Counted from the stretch's first letter, positions 9,471 through 19,340 are shown. The stretch: 55,579 nt of DNA from Candidatus Thorarchaeota archaeon (GCA_029858305.1 JAOUFI010000008.1:1-55579), one strand, 5' to 3'. The notes: generated by a model not told the origin, from the letters alone. Program-made: numbers and translations.

Positions 9471-10565
9471 TCATTCTGGAGAGTTCAATACAAAGTCTCC
9501 TCTAATCTCAACAACCTGTTTGATGACTCTTAGTACCTCTAGAGTTATCCACTTACTTGGCTTGCCTTTCCGCTCGATTATTCCGTACATGGTACTTGCA
9601 TAGTCCCGCTCGATAGGCCACTTTCCTGTGTTGAGTCTCTTACTCATGATGACTCTGAGTGCATCATCAATTCGACTATCTTGTGCATATCCTAGTTTGG
9701 TGACAACAGAGAGTCCCCTGAGAATGTCGTAGAAGAACTCAGGAAAAGTAAGTAAAAGCCACTGTTCCTTGATTGGTCTGAGGTCGTGGTGATCTGCCTT
9801 GTAGAGTCTATGCATCAGAAGAAATTCCGCGCCCTGCGCAATTGCATTCTTGATGCTTGCATTGAGGAGCTTCTTTGGTGCCTCAGAGAATGCATCAAGC
9901 GGCGTGATTGTGCCCATAAAACATCCGTGCTTGTCATCCTTGTGAGCATGCCAGTAGGGGCAGAGCCAACCACCATCAGTATTTTGAATCTCTACCAGCC
10001 ATTTCAGAGCATCCTTGACAGCTCTATGGTATGAATATCCCAGATGAATGAGGGCGAGTGCCATGTTCCCGGTAAGGCATGAGAGCTCCATCTCCCGTAT
10101 TCTTGCACTGACCCACTCATCTACAGGCGGATACGTTTTCTTATGCTTGAGAGCTCTCTTGCGCAGATACTCATACTCTCTTTTGGCTCCTTCCTCAGTG
10201 AACTCAACGAATCCCCCCTCTTGGTGCTGGAATTCAAGTATATACTCGACTGCTCTCTCTACCTGATGATTGGTATGGTCTAAGCCAAACATAGCTAGAA
10301 ACATGATTTGCCAGTATGAAGACTTATACTTCGGCAGGTACGGCTGATCCTTTGACTCCCACGAACCATCTGGATTTTGCTTGTTGAGTATACGTTGAGT
10401 TACTTTGTATTTTATGAGTTCCTCTCTTGCTTCAAGTAGCTCGGAATCTGTTTTCCTATATTCAAGGAGATCTCTCATTGTGAAGTACTTGACTGGAGGA
10501 TTATCATCTTCTAATAACCACTCTATGGGGATTGCCTTGAATGATGACATCCAGTCTTTAGTCAC
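9471..10565 (-). CDS. Prenyltransferase/squalene-cyclase-like alpha-alpha barrel protein
   Basis: QW-type repeats QNPDGSW, QHQEGGF, QNTDGGW; C-terminal GKPSKWITL; no DxDD cyclase motif. Confidence 0.7.
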   Translation of the reverse strand: MTKDWMSSFKAIPIEWLLEDDNPPVKYFTMRDLLEYRKTDSELLEAREELIKYKVTQRILNKQNPDGSWESKDQPYLPKYKSSYWQIMFLAMFGLDHTNHQVERAVEYILEFQHQEGGFVEFTEEGAKREYEYLRKRALKHKKTYPPVDEWVSARIREMELSCLTGNMALALIHLGYSYHRAVKDALKWLVEIQNTDGGWLCPYWHAHKDDKHGCFMGTITPLDAFSEAPKKLLNASIKNAIAQGAEFLLMHRLYKADHHDLRPIKEQWLLLTFPEFFYDILRGLSVVTKLGYAQDSRIDDALRVIMSKRLNTGKWPIERDYASTMYGIIERKGKPSKWITLEVLRVIKQVVEIRGDFVLNSPE

Positions 10566-10729
10566 CGTGAGTCTGCCTCAACTAACACGAGTGATTGCTC
10601 TACATTAATGAAATCATCGGAATTCTCTCTCATCATTCAGAGCGAATCCATTCCATCGTTTATCTACTTCTCCATGCTTCGAACCATAAAATTGATTTTT
10701 TCAAACGCATATTGACTTAGATTGAAATC

Positions 10730-12223
10730 ATGAAACCAGTAGGCAGCATCACGAAGGACTTCCCCTTCCTTGATGAAGATATTCGTAATGAGATTGAATC
10801 TACTATGAATGAGGCACGCGACTACTGGGACTTTATTGAAAAGCTGGGTAAAAAAGCAAGTCATCCCGATTGTTCCGCACTGGTGATATACCTCTCGCTC
10901 TATCATGCTTCAAGAGCCTCACATACTACTGCTGTCAGGTCTATAACTGAAGTCCATCTTGACTTGCCATTGCCCTCCCCCTTTTTCCATGGTGTCGCTG
11001 ATGAAGGGGACAATGCTGAAATCATTCAGAGAGCGCTTGAGCTGATACCGAATCAAGCGATTCGATTCTATCTCATGATGCGATTATATCGTGTATGCGA
11101 AATAGGAAGCCCTGAGGAAACCCGCGCGAAGAAGATGATCGAGAGTCTCCTGAGAAAAGATCAAAGACTCCGACTGCACGCGGCTGACTACTATGGTCAT
11201 TATGGAATGCGCCTCCGCTGGGAAAGCCAACCTGAGAGCGCCCTGTTATATTTGAAAAAGGCTCTGAGACTGGCGAGAAAGTCAGACGACCAATGGCATC
11301 AATCCCTCCTGCTTACTCTGATTGCAGAAGTTGAAGGTCAATATAACAAGCGCCTTGGCCATTATGCGAGAGTAAAGCGATATCTTGGTGAAGCAATAGA
11401 GATCTCAAAGGCGCTTGGAGACCGTAAAAGAATTGCTGATATCCTTCAAACCATGGCTGTTTATGCAGCGAGTCGCGGCGAAATGGATGAGTGTCTTAAG
11501 TGTCAACTTGAATCAGTGAATATCCAAAGCGAATTTGGAAACATCGGCTTTACGTCTGCACACAATCTATCGGGTGTATACGCTGATATTGGAGATGGAA
11601 AGAGCGCACTCGAATGGGCAAAGATGGCTGCCGAGCTTCAACCAGGAGTCTATTCGCATCTTTTGCTGGCAGATATTTATATTCAGCTCGAAAAAATCGA
11701 AGAAGCCGAATCAACCCTTGATGCAGCTAAGGCATTGGTACTAAAAGAGGGTCTTGAATTCGCCTTGGGACGATGGTACGATGTGAATGCAAGGCTTGAA
11801 CGCAAGAGAGGAGACCTAGATTCGGCACTTGATCAACATCAAAGAGCTCTCGAGATTCACGAGAAAGGTAACAGGCATCTAAGAGCAAGAATCTGTTTGA
11901 AGCAGCTAACAGAGATTGAGGTTGAGATGTTTAATCCGACAAAGAAAAATCGAGATATGGGGCACTCTGGACCTTATATGAAAAAATATGAGCAAGACAT
12001 AATAGGAAACGATCTTCCTGGTCATGAAGCGCAACTGTTGCTATTAAAGGCTGAACTTCGCATGAAACAAGGGCGTCATCAGGAGGGTCAACAATTGCTA
12101 GATTCTGTTCTCAAGAGTACTAATTATCCCGCCATAAAATCTCTCCACGAAAAAGCAGTACACACTAGAGAAAAATGGATTAATGCTGGATTCATTTCTC
12201 CTCGCATTCGCAGGAAACGATAA
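10730..12223 (+). CDS. TPR-repeat protein (MKPxGxIT family), paralogue 1
   Basis: Helical repeats such as ALLYLKKALRLA and ALDQHQRALEIHE; shares N- and C-terminal motifs with 14512-16002. Confidence 0.85.
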   Translation: MKPVGSITKDFPFLDEDIRNEIESTMNEARDYWDFIEKLGKKASHPDCSALVIYLSLYHASRASHTTAVRSITEVHLDLPLPSPFFHGVADEGDNAEIIQRALELIPNQAIRFYLMMRLYRVCEIGSPEETRAKKMIESLLRKDQRLRLHAADYYGHYGMRLRWESQPESALLYLKKALRLARKSDDQWHQSLLLTLIAEVEGQYNKRLGHYARVKRYLGEAIEISKALGDRKRIADILQTMAVYAASRGEMDECLKCQLESVNIQSEFGNIGFTSAHNLSGVYADIGDGKSALEWAKMAAELQPGVYSHLLLADIYIQLEKIEEAESTLDAAKALVLKEGLEFALGRWYDVNARLERKRGDLDSALDQHQRALEIHEKGNRHLRARICLKQLTEIEVEMFNPTKKNRDMGHSGPYMKKYEQDIIGNDLPGHEAQLLLLKAELRMKQGRHQEGQQLLDSVLKSTNYPAIKSLHEKAVHTREKWINAGFISPRIRRKR

Positions 12224-12379
12224 GTCGACAGCGGAATAAAGAACCCATACCACTCTCTGTTATTCCCGATGCATACCATATCTGAAAAAGTCTAGTTGAC
12301 ACTGAAATCCCTTCGAAAGACAATATTTGTCGGTGTTTTTCGGAAAGAATTATTAAGTACTAACGCAAAGGTGTTAGTT

Positions 12380-12527
12380 TGAAGTGGGCTCTAGGTGAGA
12401 GGAATAGAGCTAGTAATGAAAGCTCTACTCTATCTTTCAGATCCAGAATAGCCAGAGAAATGTCGTCATCCGTTATACGAACTAAAACACTGCCCAAACC
12501 TCATTGATGCCTCTCACCCTGGATTTC
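12380..12527 (+). promoter_or_regulatory. Candidate structured 5' leader of the SBP gene
   Basis: GGTGAGAGG (12394-12402) is complementary to CCTCTCACC (12510-12518); inner TAGAGCT/AGCTCTA hairpin; TATA-like TTATTAAG about 30 nt upstream. Confidence 0.45.
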
Positions 12528-12555
12528 AATTCAGGCAAAAAGAGAGGGACTGATT

Positions 12556-14376
12556 ATGTTGTGCAAAGGCGGCAGACAAGCACCTGCAATCATATTGACT
12601 CTTATTTTCGTGTTCATGGCGATTTCTCCAGCGTTGATTGTGGATGCTACTGAATTCCCGAGTGATATCAACATTGGACCCTATGTGGATAAGGTTGTCT
12701 TCAAAACGATTGGTGATGATATTCTTGCACTCCAATCAGGAGAAATAGATCTCATCTCTGGGGGTATTCATGAACAAGATTTCCGCACGTTGGTGAATGA
12801 CCCTGATATTGCCTCCTCGATCACACTACGAAATGGCTATGGTCATCTGACCATCAACTGTGAGAAGTATCCTCTAAATATTAGTGCTTTCAGAAGAGCG
12901 TTTGCTTTCGCCTATGACAAGACACGTGTGACAACAGAGCTTTTTCAGGGTCTCTCACAAGAACATGATTCGGTGGTGCCCTACCCGAGCAGTTGGTGTA
13001 TTGAGGCCACTTTACCTTATCACTACTATACTGCTCAGGTTGAGCTTGGTAACCAGCTTCTCGATGATGCCGGCTTTTATATTGATCCCATCACCGGCTA
13101 TAGACTTGCGCCAGATGGTTCCGAGTTTGATATAGTCATTGAGTATTCTTCTTCAGAAATTTCCGTGGGAGTGGCTCTGATTGGAGTAGATGCATTACGT
13201 GCTCTCCATATCAATGCTGACAGCTGTGCCATGGATTTCTATGAAATGATAACACGATTGGATAATCATGGTGATTACGACATCGTCATGTTCGCATATC
13301 AGTTCAGTAGCGATGATGTAGATTGGCTTGCCTATGAATACTGGTCCGAATTTGCTGATGAACCATACAAGAATCCGACACATTTTGCGAATGATACATA
13401 CGACTCATGGCGTGATCAGTTACTTCACAGTACCAGTTATGAGGAAATCTATGAGGCAGCTGCAGCTATGCAATTAATCCTGCATCAAAATGTTCCCATA
13501 TTAGTAGTGTATGAGAACATGTATCTGCAGGTCTATCGAACCGATAAATTCACGGGTCATGTGTATGATGAGGGAAGAAGCATAGCAAGTCATTGGACAT
13601 TGAGAAAAATACACAAGATTGATGGAACCCCTGGTGGAACAGTCAAAGTAGCGACTGGAGAGCCTGAGACGTTCAATGTCTTTCTCTATAGCACTGTTAT
13701 GTCTTCTGAGATTCTACTCAATCTCTGGTCAACACTATATTCGCTAGCGCCTGATATGACACCTTGGCCTTACCTGGCAGAAAATCTACTTATAGAAACT
13801 CACTCAGATAATCCCGAAATCCCTGAAGGTCATACTCGCTTCGTCATCGACATTATCCAGAATGCAACCTGGAGCGATGCGACTCTCTTAACTGCTGAGG
13901 ATGTAGCTTTCACGTTCACATATATGCTTGAGAGTAGTCTATATGGCAATCCATCTGCAACAGATTTAGTTGACTTGATTGCAGCCTATACTCCGACTCC
14001 CTATAGAGTGATACTTGAGTTCAAAACTGAGTCGTATTGGCACTTCTCTAACTTCGCCTATCATAAAATCATACCCAAGCACATCTTCAATGATGTCGAT
14101 GGTATTGGTTACGAAGGCTGGAAAACATGGAACCCAGTTTTTAATCCTGGAGACCCTTATATTACCTCAGGGCCTTTTATATTAACAGACTGGGAGCTTG
14201 GTGAGTTCTACGAGCTCTCAGCAAATCCGAGCTTTTGTTATTACCCCGGAAGACCAACAACCACGGAAACTGGAAATGGAACGCCTTTCAATCCTACATT
14301 GGCTATTGCTGCTGGTGCTGCGAGCGCCGCTGTTGTGATATTCTTTGGCGGCTTTGTCATGTTTCGGGAAAAGTAG
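12556..14376 (+). CDS. ABC peptide/nickel-type solute-binding protein (family 5), circularly permuted, C-terminal TM anchor
   Basis: ALQSGEID, FRRAFAFAYDK, WSDATLLTAEDVAFTF, TSGPF motifs; signal peptide; Thr linker and TM. Confidence 0.9.
   Translation: MLCKGGRQAPAIILTLIFVFMAISPALIVDATEFPSDINIGPYVDKVVFKTIGDDILALQSGEIDLISGGIHEQDFRTLVNDPDIASSITLRNGYGHLTINCEKYPLNISAFRRAFAFAYDKTRVTTELFQGLSQEHDSVVPYPSSWCIEATLPYHYYTAQVELGNQLLDDAGFYIDPITGYRLAPDGSEFDIVIEYSSSEISVGVALIGVDALRALHINADSCAMDFYEMITRLDNHGDYDIVMFAYQFSSDDVDWLAYEYWSEFADEPYKNPTHFANDTYDSWRDQLLHSTSYEEIYEAAAAMQLILHQNVPILVVYENMYLQVYRTDKFTGHVYDEGRSIASHWTLRKIHKIDGTPGGTVKVATGEPETFNVFLYSTVMSSEILLNLWSTLYSLAPDMTPWPYLAENLLIETHSDNPEIPEGHTRFVIDIIQNATWSDATLLTAEDVAFTFTYMLESSLYGNPSATDLVDLIAAYTPTPYRVILEFKTESYWHFSNFAYHKIIPKHIFNDVDGIGYEGWKTWNPVFNPGDPYITSGPFILTDWELGEFYELSANPSFCYYPGRPTTTETGNGTPFNPTLAIAAGAASAAVVIFFGGFVMFREK
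14283..14376 (+). repeat. Direct repeat copy 1 (SBP anchor-coding 3' end)
   Basis: 94 bp, ungapped match to 16105-16198 with 16 differences counted by hand (~83% identity). Confidence 0.9.
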
Positions 14377-14511
14377 CTTAAGTTCAAATGGAGAAAGAAA
14401 TCCATCAGATGACTTACTTTCGTGTATTCACTGGAAGACAAAAACCATTGTTCAGATTCTACTAATAGACATGATTGAACTTCAGTCTATTTGCCCCAAT
14501 CAAAAACACTC

Positions 14512-16002
14512 CTAAAATAAGTTGAGTACACGAATTGTCCTTTTCTTTAGGAACGCCAGACCTGGAGAATCAGCCATCTGGAGGGCTTTTTCTATACAAT
14601 CACGCGCCTCTATTTCATGGCCCTGTTTTAATCTAAGTTCTCCTCTTAGGAGCAATTCGATTCCAACAACTCCCGGTAGTTCCATCTCTCGTCCGAATTT
14701 TTCCAACCGTGCATGCCATTTTCCTGCCACTTCATCATCTCGGTTTTTCGAAGTTTTCTCAAATGCCAAAACCTCAGTTTCTGCCAACTTGATCAAGCAT
14801 GAATTAGCTCTATTATATCTGTGGTTTCTCTCGTTTATGATCAATGCTTTTTCAAAACTGTGAAAAGCAGATTGGAAATCTCCTCGGGCGCGTTCTAACA
14901 AGCCATTAATCATATACTCATATGCAATAGTACTTTCAATTCCTGAGTGAAGAATGAAATCTCTTGCCAGGTCCATTTGGTGAGCTGCTTCATCCAATCT
15001 GTTTAGATTAATCAATGACCAAGCAACATCCATATGGCAATACGGCAGCAACAATGGTCTTCTCCCAGCTCCTTCAAGTGCTAGCATTGCCATCTCCAGA
15101 GCTTCGCGGCCGTTTCCAAGTTCATTCAATATGAACGCAGTATCATGCAAATTTATATCTAGATCTTGAGCGACGAGTGTTCGATTTTCAATGATACTAT
15201 AATTAATCTCATTTGCTTCCGAATATTCCGCACGAATGTGGCAAATGACTTGAATCAGACTTTGAAGCGACATCAGTCCTTGAATGTCCCCTAGCGTTTC
15301 GCATATTCCTCTTGCTTTAGTTAAGATGCGTTTTGCTGCTGATGTAGAACCTGGTCCGAATTGAAAGAGTCCAATTAATTCCGCCTTCTGACATAGGAGC
15401 TGACTTTCGTACAATTTGTCATCGAATATCTCTGCGGTTTTGAGTCCCTGAGTGCATGAGTCAAGAGCTCTTGGAATATCTCCCTCCTGTTTTAATCTGA
15501 ATACATGATATAAATGAAATTTGCCAGAATAGCAGTTTAGTGATGGATTCTTCTCAAGCATCTCTTTAATTCGGATCTGGGTCGTTTCTTCCAGAGGATT
15601 ACCAAACCCTGTCATAATAGCTATCCAATATAATTGCAATAGATACAAGAATGTTAACCAATCCTCTTCTACTTGTTCTATTGCCTCCTCCGTTGCCTTG
15701 ATAGCCAGATCCCATCCAGTGTCGTTAGAGGCTTGACGGGAGAGAAGAAAGGGAAGTACGACTCTTCTCTCAGCGTTTGAATTAAGTATATTCAATTCAA
15801 ATTCGCCTAAATTCAGATTATTAGCGTGACGTATTGCCAGCAAGACAATCTCATCACTAGCGTCCTCTGATATAGCAATCCGGCCTAGTGCTTTAGTAAA
15901 TTCAGCATAGTTATGCGATTCTTGAAGAACTTTTTCCAGAACTTCTCTCGTGCTGGTTTCAATAAATGAGAAATCCATGGTTATTGTTCCAAAAGGTTTC
16001 AA
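14512..16002 (-). CDS. TPR-repeat protein (MKPxGxIT family), paralogue 2
   Basis: TTG start at 16002 gives MKPFGTITMDFSF, matching MKPVGSITKDFPF; shared KNRD, LPG and ELRxKQG C-terminal motifs. Confidence 0.85.
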   Translation of the reverse strand: MKPFGTITMDFSFIETSTREVLEKVLQESHNYAEFTKALGRIAISEDASDEIVLLAIRHANNLNLGEFELNILNSNAERRVVLPFLLSRQASNDTGWDLAIKATEEAIEQVEEDWLTFLYLLQLYWIAIMTGFGNPLEETTQIRIKEMLEKNPSLNCYSGKFHLYHVFRLKQEGDIPRALDSCTQGLKTAEIFDDKLYESQLLCQKAELIGLFQFGPGSTSAAKRILTKARGICETLGDIQGLMSLQSLIQVICHIRAEYSEANEINYSIIENRTLVAQDLDINLHDTAFILNELGNGREALEMAMLALEGAGRRPLLLPYCHMDVAWSLINLNRLDEAAHQMDLARDFILHSGIESTIAYEYMINGLLERARGDFQSAFHSFEKALIINERNHRYNRANSCLIKLAETEVLAFEKTSKNRDDEVAGKWHARLEKFGREMELPGVVGIELLLRGELRLKQGHEIEARDCIEKALQMADSPGLAFLKKRTIRVLNLF

Positions 16003-16104
16003 TTTTGCCACACTTTGATTTTCTAAGAGTGAGCATATTGGCATGCTATCTCAAGTATTTTTCGTTTCAGAGTATTATTCTATTTTTAATCTGAACATAA
16101 AGAA

Positions 16105-16198
16105 GCCTTTCAATCTTACATTGGCTATTGCTACTGGTGTTGCTAGCGTCGCTGTTGTGGTTTTCGTTGGTGGTTATGTCATGTTCAGACAAGAGTAG
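16105..16198 (+). pseudogene. Orphan copy of SBP C-terminal anchor (PFNLTLAIATGVASVAVVVFVGGYVMFRQE*)
   Basis: Direct repeat of 14283-14376; frame and TAG stop retained; in frame with ATG at 16043 (51-aa ORF). Confidence 0.75.
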
Positions 16199-16264
16199 AT
16201 CAAGTCAGATGAAAAAATCATAGTAAACTAGCTGACAGGCGGATTTTACTCCTTTAGAAACCGA

Positions 16265-16975
16265 TCAAATGGCACGGTCTTTAGTGCTGGCCTCCATTCC
16301 TTGCTTAATTTGTCGAGGTCCCTTCGATTTGATTTCAGTGAAAAATAAAGATAGTTCTTTTGAGGCATAACCTAGACTCGGGATGAATAGAATAAATGGG
16401 ATAAAAAGAACAATGACTATCATGAACGAACCATGGGCGAACGTCCATGGGCGAATAAGCAATTGCGGTAAGATGACGCCGAAAAGGTAAAACCAGAAAT
16501 ATAGTAGTACCTGCCCTGCAAGACCCACAAGAAAACCCTGCGCAAGGAAGCTCGCCCAATGTTGGCTAGTTCTTCGATTGTAAACGAGTCTTATTGATTG
16601 TGAATTCATTGCTCCAACGATGATGAGCATGAGAGGGGTTATCAATAGCATGAGTCCAGGAATAAATGCGATGAAGTTGCCATACGAAAGATTCACACCA
16701 AGAAGTGCGAAGTATATGTTAATAATAACAAATCCAAAGAGTGCAACGTGGCCATGAAGTAAGTGTCGCAATCCAATCTTAACTACCTCAATGATTTCAT
16801 CTGGTGAATTCTTTTTTTGGTCAGTGGAATTCTGAAAATCAGTTGCATTCATTTCATGCCACTCTCCACAAGATTGAATCGGATAATACAACGTATATTC
16901 GCTCATAAGGATTTCAGAATGAAAGGAATCAGAAACCATCTCATCACATGCCAGTTTTCTTTGTGATAATGCCAC
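16265..16975 (-). CDS. Membrane protein of a four-member paralogue family (start probably at MNATDF)
   Basis: RHLLHG...IIVGAMN...WASFLAQG...LGYASK pattern shared with the genes at 25371, 30175 and 54411. Confidence 0.7.
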   Translation of the reverse strand: MALSQRKLACDEMVSDSFHSEILMSEYTLYYPIQSCGEWHEMNATDFQNSTDQKKNSPDEIIEVVKIGLRHLLHGHVALFGFVIINIYFALLGVNLSYGNFIAFIPGLMLLITPLMLIIVGAMNSQSIRLVYNRRTSQHWASFLAQGFLVGLAGQVLLYFWFYLFGVILPQLLIRPWTFAHGSFMIVIVLFIPFILFIPSLGYASKELSLFFTEIKSKGPRQIKQGMEASTKDRAI

Positions 16976-17061
16976 TTCAATTTGAATAAGCTAGATAGAA
17001 GATATACAAATGAATTCATCCAATCCAATCAGAAACTAAGTTTATCGTTAGAGTTATATCC

Positions 17062-17219
17062 GTAGGTTATGGTACACCTTTAACCTACTTACTGAAGGCG
17101 GGAAAAGAGCTCAACGAAAGAAACAATAGAAAACTAGTTTCAAGGGTTGCCTATGCGGGATACTGGAAAGAAGAGTATCCGGCATCTTTTGCAGACTTTC
17201 CTGTTCAGCGTAAGGTAGG
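17062..17219 (+). promoter_or_regulatory. Candidate structured leader/operator upstream of metG
   Basis: GTAGGTTA-N11-TAACCTAC inverted repeat; ATGCGGGATACT/AGTATCCGGCAT hairpin (17153-17185); imperfect long-range stem 17084-17219. Confidence 0.4.
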
Positions 17220-17242
17220 CTGTAATTAAATTCGAAAGGAGT

Positions 17243-19297
17243 GTGACTAAACTGAGAACTTATCCCACTAAAGATCCAGTGCTTGTAACATGCGGACTAC
17301 CATATGCTAGTGGGCAGATGCACATCGGTCACCTCAGGACCTATGTACCTGCCGACGTATTTGTCAGACTCCTGAAGAAGATGCAAGTTGATGTTGCTTT
17401 CATCTGTGGGTCGGATACACATGGGACTCCAGTGTTGACAGCAGCAGAAGCAGCTGGAGTCAGCCCAAAAGAACTCTATACCAAGTATCATCAGTTCTAT
17501 CTGGATACCTTTCCAAAACTGCATATTAATTTCGATAACTATGGGACAACAGACGACCCTGAGAATATCGCTCGAACAATCCAAATCGTGAAAGAACTTC
17601 AGAAAAATGGATATATCTATCCCAAGAATCTTGATTCTCCCTACTGCGATAATGAGGGCAGGTCTCTTCCAGATAGATATGTACGTGGTGAGTGTCCGTA
17701 TTGCCATGTAGACGCTCGCGGAGATGAATGCGATCAAGGGTGTGGAAGATATCTAGAACCAGGTGAGATTCTGAACCCTCGATGTGCAATCTGCGGATCT
17801 CCAACTCGAACCATCACTCGCACGCACTACTACTTTAGATTATCATCCTTTGAAGACTTTCTGAAGAAATATCTCAACGATGTTGATGGTACAAAGATTG
17901 CCAAGAACTACGCTCTTGGCTGGGTGAATGAAGGTCTGAAAGATTGGTGTATCACAAGAGACTTAGAATGGGGCATCAAATATCCCGGCGATGAGAGTCT
18001 CACACTATATGTCTGGGTCGACGCTCCAATTCACTATATGTCAAGTACAGAGCAGTGGGCAAAGAAGATTAAGAAACCTGATGAATGGAAGAAATTCTGG
18101 CTTCCAGGTAGTGGTCGCTTAGTCCACTTCATCGGACAAGATATTGTCTACCATCATTGTCTATTCTGGCCTGCGATGTTGAAAGGAAGCGGCTACAATT
18201 TACCTTCTGCAATCGTTGCATCAGGAATGGTCAAGATACGAAGTCATAACTTCAGCCGCAGTAGAGGATATGTCGTTTGGATTCTAGACGATTACCTTGA
18301 GAGAGGTCTAGATCCTGATTATCTGCGCTACTATATGGTATCATTTACTGGGCATACACGTGACCTTGATTTCAGCTTTACTGCTTTCGCAGATAAAGTA
18401 AACACTGAGTTGGTCGGAACAATTGGGAACTTTATCTATCGTACTCTTCACTTTACCAAGAAGCATTTCGGTACAGTCCCGGAGGGTAAGTTTGACAAGA
18501 CATTGAAGCTGGAGGTAGAGAAATCTGTTGAAACCATCATTGATGCAGTCAATGAGTACGAACTGAAAAAGGCTTCAGATGAAATCCTTCGGTTAGCATC
18601 GATTGGAAATGAGTACTTTCAAACAAATCAACCTTGGGCGCTTGTCAAGGAAAACAAGACTAAATGTGGTGATGTACTATTCAATGCAGTTGCCTTAGTT
18701 AAAGCCATTACTATCTTCATTGATGCAATTATGCCAGGTACTGCTGAAACCATATGGAAGCAGCTCGGATTCAAAGGACCTGAGGTTCATAAAATCCCTC
18801 TTGTAGCAGCACTCGAGCCTGTGAAAACAGGTACTAGGATTGTTAATCCGCAACCAGTGATTTCAAAAATTGATGATGACCTCCTCGAGTCCTTGAAAAC
18901 GATTATTGATAATCGAATTAAGGCTGCTGAGAAAGCTGAGAGTGGTGAAGAACTAGTGGAAGAAAAGGAAATGATTACATTCGAATATTTCAAGAAACTC
19001 GATTTAAGAGCTGGAAAGATCCTGAAATGCGAACGTGTCCCCAAAAAGGATAAACTTCTACACCTTGAAGTGGATATTGGGACTGAAAAGCGAACAATCA
19101 TCACAGGGCTTGCAGATCAATACAAGCCAGAGGAACTCATCGGTATGACTGCCTTATTTCTAACCAATCTTGAACCAAAGAAGATAGGTGGCATCGAGAG
19201 TCATGGTATGATAATTGCAGTGGAGAAGGGTGATCAGCCTGGTCGATGGTTGCCAGTGAAATTGGACGGTGTTCCTCCAGGAAGCAAAGCTGCCTAG
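17243..19297 (+). CDS. metG: Methionine--tRNA ligase with C-terminal tRNA-binding domain
   Basis: LPYASGQMHIGH, GSDTHG, Zn knuckles, YVWVDAP, HFIGQDI; KMSKS loop reads NFSRS; C-terminal OB fold NLEPKKIGGIESHGM; AAGGAG SD. Confidence 0.97.
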   Translation: MTKLRTYPTKDPVLVTCGLPYASGQMHIGHLRTYVPADVFVRLLKKMQVDVAFICGSDTHGTPVLTAAEAAGVSPKELYTKYHQFYLDTFPKLHINFDNYGTTDDPENIARTIQIVKELQKNGYIYPKNLDSPYCDNEGRSLPDRYVRGECPYCHVDARGDECDQGCGRYLEPGEILNPRCAICGSPTRTITRTHYYFRLSSFEDFLKKYLNDVDGTKIAKNYALGWVNEGLKDWCITRDLEWGIKYPGDESLTLYVWVDAPIHYMSSTEQWAKKIKKPDEWKKFWLPGSGRLVHFIGQDIVYHHCLFWPAMLKGSGYNLPSAIVASGMVKIRSHNFSRSRGYVVWILDDYLERGLDPDYLRYYMVSFTGHTRDLDFSFTAFADKVNTELVGTIGNFIYRTLHFTKKHFGTVPEGKFDKTLKLEVEKSVETIIDAVNEYELKKASDEILRLASIGNEYFQTNQPWALVKENKTKCGDVLFNAVALVKAITIFIDAIMPGTAETIWKQLGFKGPEVHKIPLVAALEPVKTGTRIVNPQPVISKIDDDLLESLKTIIDNRIKAAEKAESGEELVEEKEMITFEYFKKLDLRAGKILKCERVPKKDKLLHLEVDIGTEKRTIITGLADQYKPEELIGMTALFLTNLEPKKIGGIESHGMIIAVEKGDQPGRWLPVKLDGVPPGSKAA

Positions 19298-19309
19298 ATA
19301 ACTCTAAAC

Positions 19310-19340
19310 GATGGGGTGGATTCGCCCCATCTTGTCTTTC
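19310..19340 (+). terminator. Hairpin plus T-rich tract after metG
   Basis: GATGGGGTG-gatt-CGCCCCATC followed by TTGTCTTTC. Confidence 0.6.

Noticed and set aside
9471-10565. Squalene-hopene or sterol cyclase
   Set aside because: Single barrel of 364 aa with no DxDD/DCTAE catalytic motif
12394-12555. Cobalamin, lysine or SAM-I riboswitch
   Set aside because: Only isolated fragments (AGCCAGAGA, AGTAA, GAGGGACTG) are present, without the required order or cores; kept only as an unclassified leader
14283-16198. Diversity-generating retroelement TR/VR pair (a repeat matching a gene 3' end)
   Set aside because: The 16 mismatches are not confined to adenines on either strand, the region is a TM anchor, and no reverse transcriptase is present in the window
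17062-17219. T-box riboswitch before metG
   Set aside because: The TGGTAC-like sequence lies at the 5' end rather than in a 3' antiterminator, and no recognisable stem I or specifier loop is present
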